Source: a virus
Lineage: Duplodnaviria > Caudoviricetes
Length of the DNA stretch: 39,106 nucleotides
IMG/VR virus record: IMGVR_UViG_3300037851_000969
Coordinates: 1-39,106 of that record
Direction: 5' to 3' (one strand)
Shown here: positions 36,401-39,106 of the stretch, one piece after another
Numbering within the stretch: the first letter of the stretch is position 1
Layout: the number at the start of each line of letters is the position of its first letter
Translations under genes and position numbers: made by a program
The notes under the pieces: generated by a model
Database searches by the model: none
Told to the model about the DNA's origin: nothing
Seen by the model: only the letters and a program-made list of their open reading frames with translations

Positions 36401-37515
36401 GCGGAGATGGCGTCTTCAACCGGACGTGCTACGACGCGGGATTTCCGATTTACAGCGTCCAGACGGACGTACTCGGATATAATGCTGAAATGCTCACCGG
36501 AATCGTTCCGTACGGCGACTTAGACGCGCAAGTTTTCTGGAGCGACACCGACAGCAGCACGGCGGTCGAGTTCGCCACCATCTTCTATAATGGCACAACA
36601 AGAACCTTCCCATCCGCGCAGGTCGCATTGAATGCTGATGTTGAGACCGATCTGACGAATCAGATCTGGCTGGAAGGCGCGGTTATCGTAACTGGGAACA
36701 CAACGATTGGGTTCGCAGTTGTCGATGCAGCCACGACGATCACCGCGTACATCCTTGATGGGAAGACTGACACGACGAGCCGAAGCGTCTCGACAGGCAT
36801 CACCATCCCCACTACGAGCACAAATCATAAAGATCCCTTCGCCGGAGTCGTTGATACCCGATCAAACGGGGGAGATGATGTGTACCTCTTCGCGTTGAAC
36901 GGGACGACCGGCACTACCAAACTCGTGGTTGTGAACAGCACGAACGCGGGGACGACGTGGGGAACCGTCCAGACGCTCAGCACTGACGTGACAGGAGCAC
37001 CGGACGGTGCTCCTGTCACGGGGTACCTCAGCGCGGGATTCAGCAATGAAACGTGCGATATAGTTGTGAGATACGAGACGAATAGCTTGCTCTACTCAAC
37101 GAGAAACGGCTGGACGTGGACGTTCAACACTGGCAGCTGCAACACCGCGAAGAACCTAACCTACTCGGGCGGTGCCTGGCATTACAATTTCACCGTGCCG
37201 GGAGGAATGACTGGATTGCAGAACTTCAACATCCTCCTCAACGACGTCAATGTCATCTTCGCGAACGCGACGAAGACTGAAACGAGCGCGTTCAACTACG
37301 GCGGCGCCGGGGACCCGTGCGCGTATACGAGCGGCACGTGGAACCTGCCGTGTGGGTGCAACCTGACCAGTCCGCAAGGCATCAGTGGCAACGCGATCGT
37401 GATCACCGGGAGCGGCGTGATCAGGGTAGAAGCCGCGATCACGGGCGTGACGAGCATCACGAGCCCGAACACGTGCGACCTGCTCGGAACAAGCAGCGGG
37501 TACATCGGCACTTGA
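33418..37515 (+). CDS. Large lipoprotein with Asp-box (BNR) beta-propeller and Ig-like domains
   Basis: GTG 33418 after GGAGG; MQLKTILAIAAVLLLVG-C lipobox; Asp-boxes STDGGASF, STNNGDSW, SSDGGTSW, SLNGGSTW, SDDNASTW, STNAGTTW; about 40 N-x-S/T sequons; 1365 aa. Confidence 0.85.
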   Translation: MQLKTILAIAAVLLLVGCGHETTPSDDLISGGSILAGEEQELSAYGGGGLIGVINETEFESVQITSLTGLEARFNWTVNRVNATHWRVSAVIPSTLRSTLETQRSKTCGNAGWTTIKNSLNLSGKTATQLCNDIKNFENFPTASPDGRVSFENVKANLSTGQIEAEISFPEGIVDGLRASLGFGTVNLTATTYTTYFLKTRRGVCRTSNNYIHVLYPGTQTAIYYARSTDGGASFTVNTTAFTGAGAGNKFSQSIDCEGSTVVAFFHNGSTNVQVWKSTNNGDSWSNVHTRAETVLTGYNAQIRVKGNEIYAYWWGATEENFLNSSDGGTSWTYTNLTNLLPSLSDTSGGADIFIDWKGNTDPTDNRIIIGYRRPSTNAYQWAVSLNGGSTWTNSTTSACLSQTGGHLVGVQNNGRLWQTSGQDTGTSCWVYAHYSDDNASTWTTSYVHQSVGQNAFTTAAMDDDTGYPHVIYETGILNTNKDIRYAVKNSTSNPSILWNLTNDALADTTPSAVHQKTNGTIDFVWLRGTNSLYHSYIDLTNKSSTITGVPSPSTTIPAWGSTVECRAVYTGKDSGGNVSFIWYKNGAVEPYHNSSVSVSGQIAVATSGSVTANTSNLGSWICSARSYNGSVYSGYVNSTPVTISDSVPPQYALGAISGNITYGANVSLLSNWTDNVNLSTARLFWNARGYWEQLTSCTLTGTSSSCNVSKNVTGYAGQVCWFAWANDTTNNINAIGLSTPACFNITTPSYTVTMTAPTTASPASVTGGESFTANFTVSNELGSVTGGLGLWNATIGTGQLSFEDWDRRYKGQFLSRTSILNTSTSLFGGPAFSRMVWYDRHTNRWYTFYIDTAYDIRALWSENGYTIGQDQVVIAGTWTDDDYDVWLTDHGTYSRLHVVYTDSTQEYLDYIACNITTSTSLACSASQRIYLASSQGNSATDDVAHPAVAADSQNCLLVAWDFEDDSEATADEHEVVFIKENSTDCDNGGPDNGCGDGVFNRTCYDAGFPIYSVQTDVLGYNAEMLTGIVPYGDLDAQVFWSDTDSSTAVEFATIFYNGTTRTFPSAQVALNADVETDLTNQIWLEGAVIVTGNTTIGFAVVDAATTITAYILDGKTDTTSRSVSTGITIPTTSTNHKDPFAGVVDTRSNGGDDVYLFALNGTTGTTKLVVVNSTNAGTTWGTVQTLSTDVTGAPDGAPVTGYLSAGFSNETCDIVVRYETNSLLYSTRNGWTWTFNTGSCNTAKNLTYSGGAWHYNFTVPGGMTGLQNFNILLNDVNVIFANATKTETSAFNYGGAGDPCAYTSGTWNLPCGCNLTSPQGISGNAIVITGSGVIRVEAAITGVTSITSPNTCDLLGTSSGYIGT

Positions 37516-37525
37516 GGAAAAACAG

Positions 37526-37768
37526 ATGGTACGAAAGCTTATAAAGACGAATGATGGGTACGCGGAAGCAGGACTCGGCACGTACGAGCTCGGAACGTGG
37601 GAACTCGGCGACTCATTCACCGACGTGGACGGGAACGAGACTGCCAAGCTGAACGACACGCTCACCACAATCCTCGTGGACGACGACCTGCACGCGGAAC
37701 TCCTCGCACAAAACCCAACGACGATCACCATCAACGGACGAACGGTAGAACTCACGGAGGACTGGTAA
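37526..37768 (+). CDS. Small acidic protein
   Basis: 80 aa, GAGG RBS, follows the lipoprotein. Confidence 0.7.
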   Translation: MVRKLIKTNDGYAEAGLGTYELGTWELGDSFTDVDGNETAKLNDTLTTILVDDDLHAELLAQNPTTITINGRTVELTEDW

Positions 37769-37771
37769 AGA

Positions 37772-38116
37772 ATGGTCGACACTGCAAACCTGGCACTCAC
37801 TGACCTGTACGCGGGGAAGGCGTTCAAGCAAACCTTCCAAGTGAAAGAGAACGGCGTCGCCGTCAACATCACCACGTACGCGGACGACTTCACCTTCAAA
37901 TGCTGGAAAGCAAGCAGCCCCGGCACGATCGCACTCACAAAGTCGTGCCCTATCAGCGACGCGGCGAACGGAAAGTTCACCCTCACCCTCGCCACGACAG
38001 ACACTGATGATCTCGAACCCGGCGTGCCCTACGAATACCAGGTCGCGGGGACGGATACGGCCGGGGACAATTATGTCTGGACGACAGGCAGCTTCGTCCC
38101 GCTCAAAGCGCACTGA
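37772..38116 (+). CDS. BppU-like Ig-fold baseplate/adaptor protein
   Basis: AVNITTY...DAANGKFTLTLATTDT...YEYQV. Confidence 0.65.
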   Translation: MVDTANLALTDLYAGKAFKQTFQVKENGVAVNITTYADDFTFKCWKASSPGTIALTKSCPISDAANGKFTLTLATTDTDDLEPGVPYEYQVAGTDTAGDNYVWTTGSFVPLKAH

Positions 38117-38125
38117 GGAAGGTTG

Positions 38126-38410
38126 ATGACGTACCTGCAGAGCAAGGCGGTTTTCGCGGATGGACGCACCATCACGGGCGTCACGCTCTTGCAGAACGGG
38201 AAAGACAGCAACACGGCGACCGTGAGCGTCGCGACGGGAACAGCCGGAGGCTGGAACCCGTGGGAAGCCATCACGCTCGGCACGCTGAAAACCCTCACGT
38301 ACACAGGAACGAAACTCAAAGTGAAGGTCGAAGGAACGAGCAGCACGTACTACAGCAAAGACGCTCGCGGCGTCGAACAGCCGCTCGAGCTCGAGATCAC
38401 AACCGCTTGA
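38126..38410 (+). CDS. Small beta-rich tail protein
   Basis: WEAITLGT...TGTKLKVKV. Confidence 0.65.
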   Translation: MTYLQSKAVFADGRTITGVTLLQNGKDSNTATVSVATGTAGGWNPWEAITLGTLKTLTYTGTKLKVKVEGTSSTYYSKDARGVEQPLELEITTA

Positions 38411-38415
38411 CTTGA

Positions 38416-38438
38416 AATGGAGGATTGATGCACGATGG
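38416..38438 (+). repeat. 23-nt dispersed repeat, copy 2
   Basis: 22/23 identical to 17454-17476, again spanning RBS and ATG. Confidence 0.8.
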
Positions 38439-39106
38439 TCGGAGTGTTTCCATTCACGTACGGACAAAGCCCGGTGTACAGCGCGGACTTGAACGTGGCG
38501 ATGTACAAGTACCCGTTCGGGAACGGAAGCGACGGGTCTTCAACGATCAGCACGAACACGGACTGGGGCGTGGTTGTGAAGAACCTGACAAGCCTCACCG
38601 TGAACACGGGCGTCACCCTCACGATCGGGAGCGGGAGCGTCATCTGCGTGAGCGGCACCCTCACCTTGACCGGAACCGGGGCGATCGTGGTGAGCACGCA
38701 AGGCAGCGGCGGCACAGCCGGGTCAGCAGGTGCGAACGGTGGCAGCGGAGCCGCTGGCGGCGCTGATGGTGGCCGCGCGTGGATCTTCGCACAGACGATG
38801 GCTGGAAGCGGAAGCATCAGCGCGAACGGGGCGAATGGGAGCAACGGCGGCACTGCAAGCAGCGCTTCCGGCAACACGACAGGCGGTACTGGCGGCTCCG
38901 GCGCTGGCGGTGGGTTGTATAACTCGTTCACCTACGGCGGAAGCAATGGGGGCGGTGGGGGCGATCGCGGACAGAATAACGGGGCGGGCGGCACGGCCGG
39001 AACTGCGGGCGCCGGGGAAACTGACTGCGTCAAGCTCCTCAGAGCAGCTGACCTGTTCAGCGTGAACAAAGGCACTGGCAGCGGGGGCGGTGGCGGGGGT
39101 GGAGCT
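38435..39106 (+). CDS. Glycine-rich tail/virion protein, N-terminal part (3'-truncated; absent from the ORF track)
   Basis: MVGVFPFTYGQSPVYSADLN...FGNGSDGSSTIS...LTVNTGVTLT...CVSGTLTL...; open to the window end in poly-Gly. Confidence 0.85.
   Translation, partial: MVGVFPFTYGQSPVYSADLNVAMYKYPFGNGSDGSSTISTNTDWGVVVKNLTSLTVNTGVTLTIGSGSVICVSGTLTLTGTGAIVVSTQGSGGTAGSAGANGGSGAAGGADGGRAWIFAQTMAGSGSISANGANGSNGGTASSASGNTTGGTGGSGAGGGLYNSFTYGGSNGGGGGDRGQNNGAGGTAGTAGAGETDCVKLLRAADLFSVNKGTGSGGGGGGGA

Larger units (their letters stand above)
1..39106 (+). mobile_element. Near-complete tailed dsDNA virus genome (siphovirus-type), probable archaeal host
   Basis: Colinear TerS/TerL, portal, protease, capsid, neck, tail tube, chaperone, tape measure and hub genes; no cellular housekeeping genes; both ends lie in one Gly-rich gene. 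Confidence 0.95.

Noticed and set aside
30399-39106. Diversity-generating retroelement acting on the fibre genes
   Set aside because: No reverse transcriptase and no template/variable repeat pair differing at adenines was seen; the repeats found differ at synonymous positions

Overview
The window is a near-complete ~39 kb genome of a tailed dsDNA virus (Caudoviricetes, siphovirus-type: tail tube and tape measure, no sheath), with essentially all genes on the + strand. Both ends fall inside the same glycine-rich gene, so the contig looks like a circular or permuted genome broken in a poly-Gly tract, but the ends do not join in frame. Gene order: lysis-like cassette (papain-family C1 protease plus two membrane proteins); a non-coding control region with inverted repeats; early genes (many small Cys-rich proteins, an OB-fold/Rad52-like annealing protein, two PD-(D/E)xK nucleases, a large ParB, a T4 Imm-like protein); a structured non-coding stretch; a ParB-domain DNA methyltransferase frameshifted at a G10 tract; terminase; portal-MuF fusion; DUF2213 protease/scaffold; DUF2184-type capsid; neck and tail genes with a -1 frameshift chaperone; and a fibre/adhesin block. 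An archaeal host is inferred from TATA-like boxes, GAGGTGA ribosome-binding sites, oligo-T terminators, dense N-glycosylation sequons and the absence of a peptidoglycan hydrolase; a DPANN-type host is a weaker inference. I recognise no integrase, polymerase, primase, helicase, tRNA or CRISPR array. The most unusual elements are two very large exported, sequon-rich proteins (one with a Sec signal peptide, one a lipoprotein with Asp-box repeats) inside the tail operon, a papain protease in the endolysin position, and a possibly phase-variable methyltransferase preceded by a structured RNA. All family calls come from motif recognition by eye, not from database searches.
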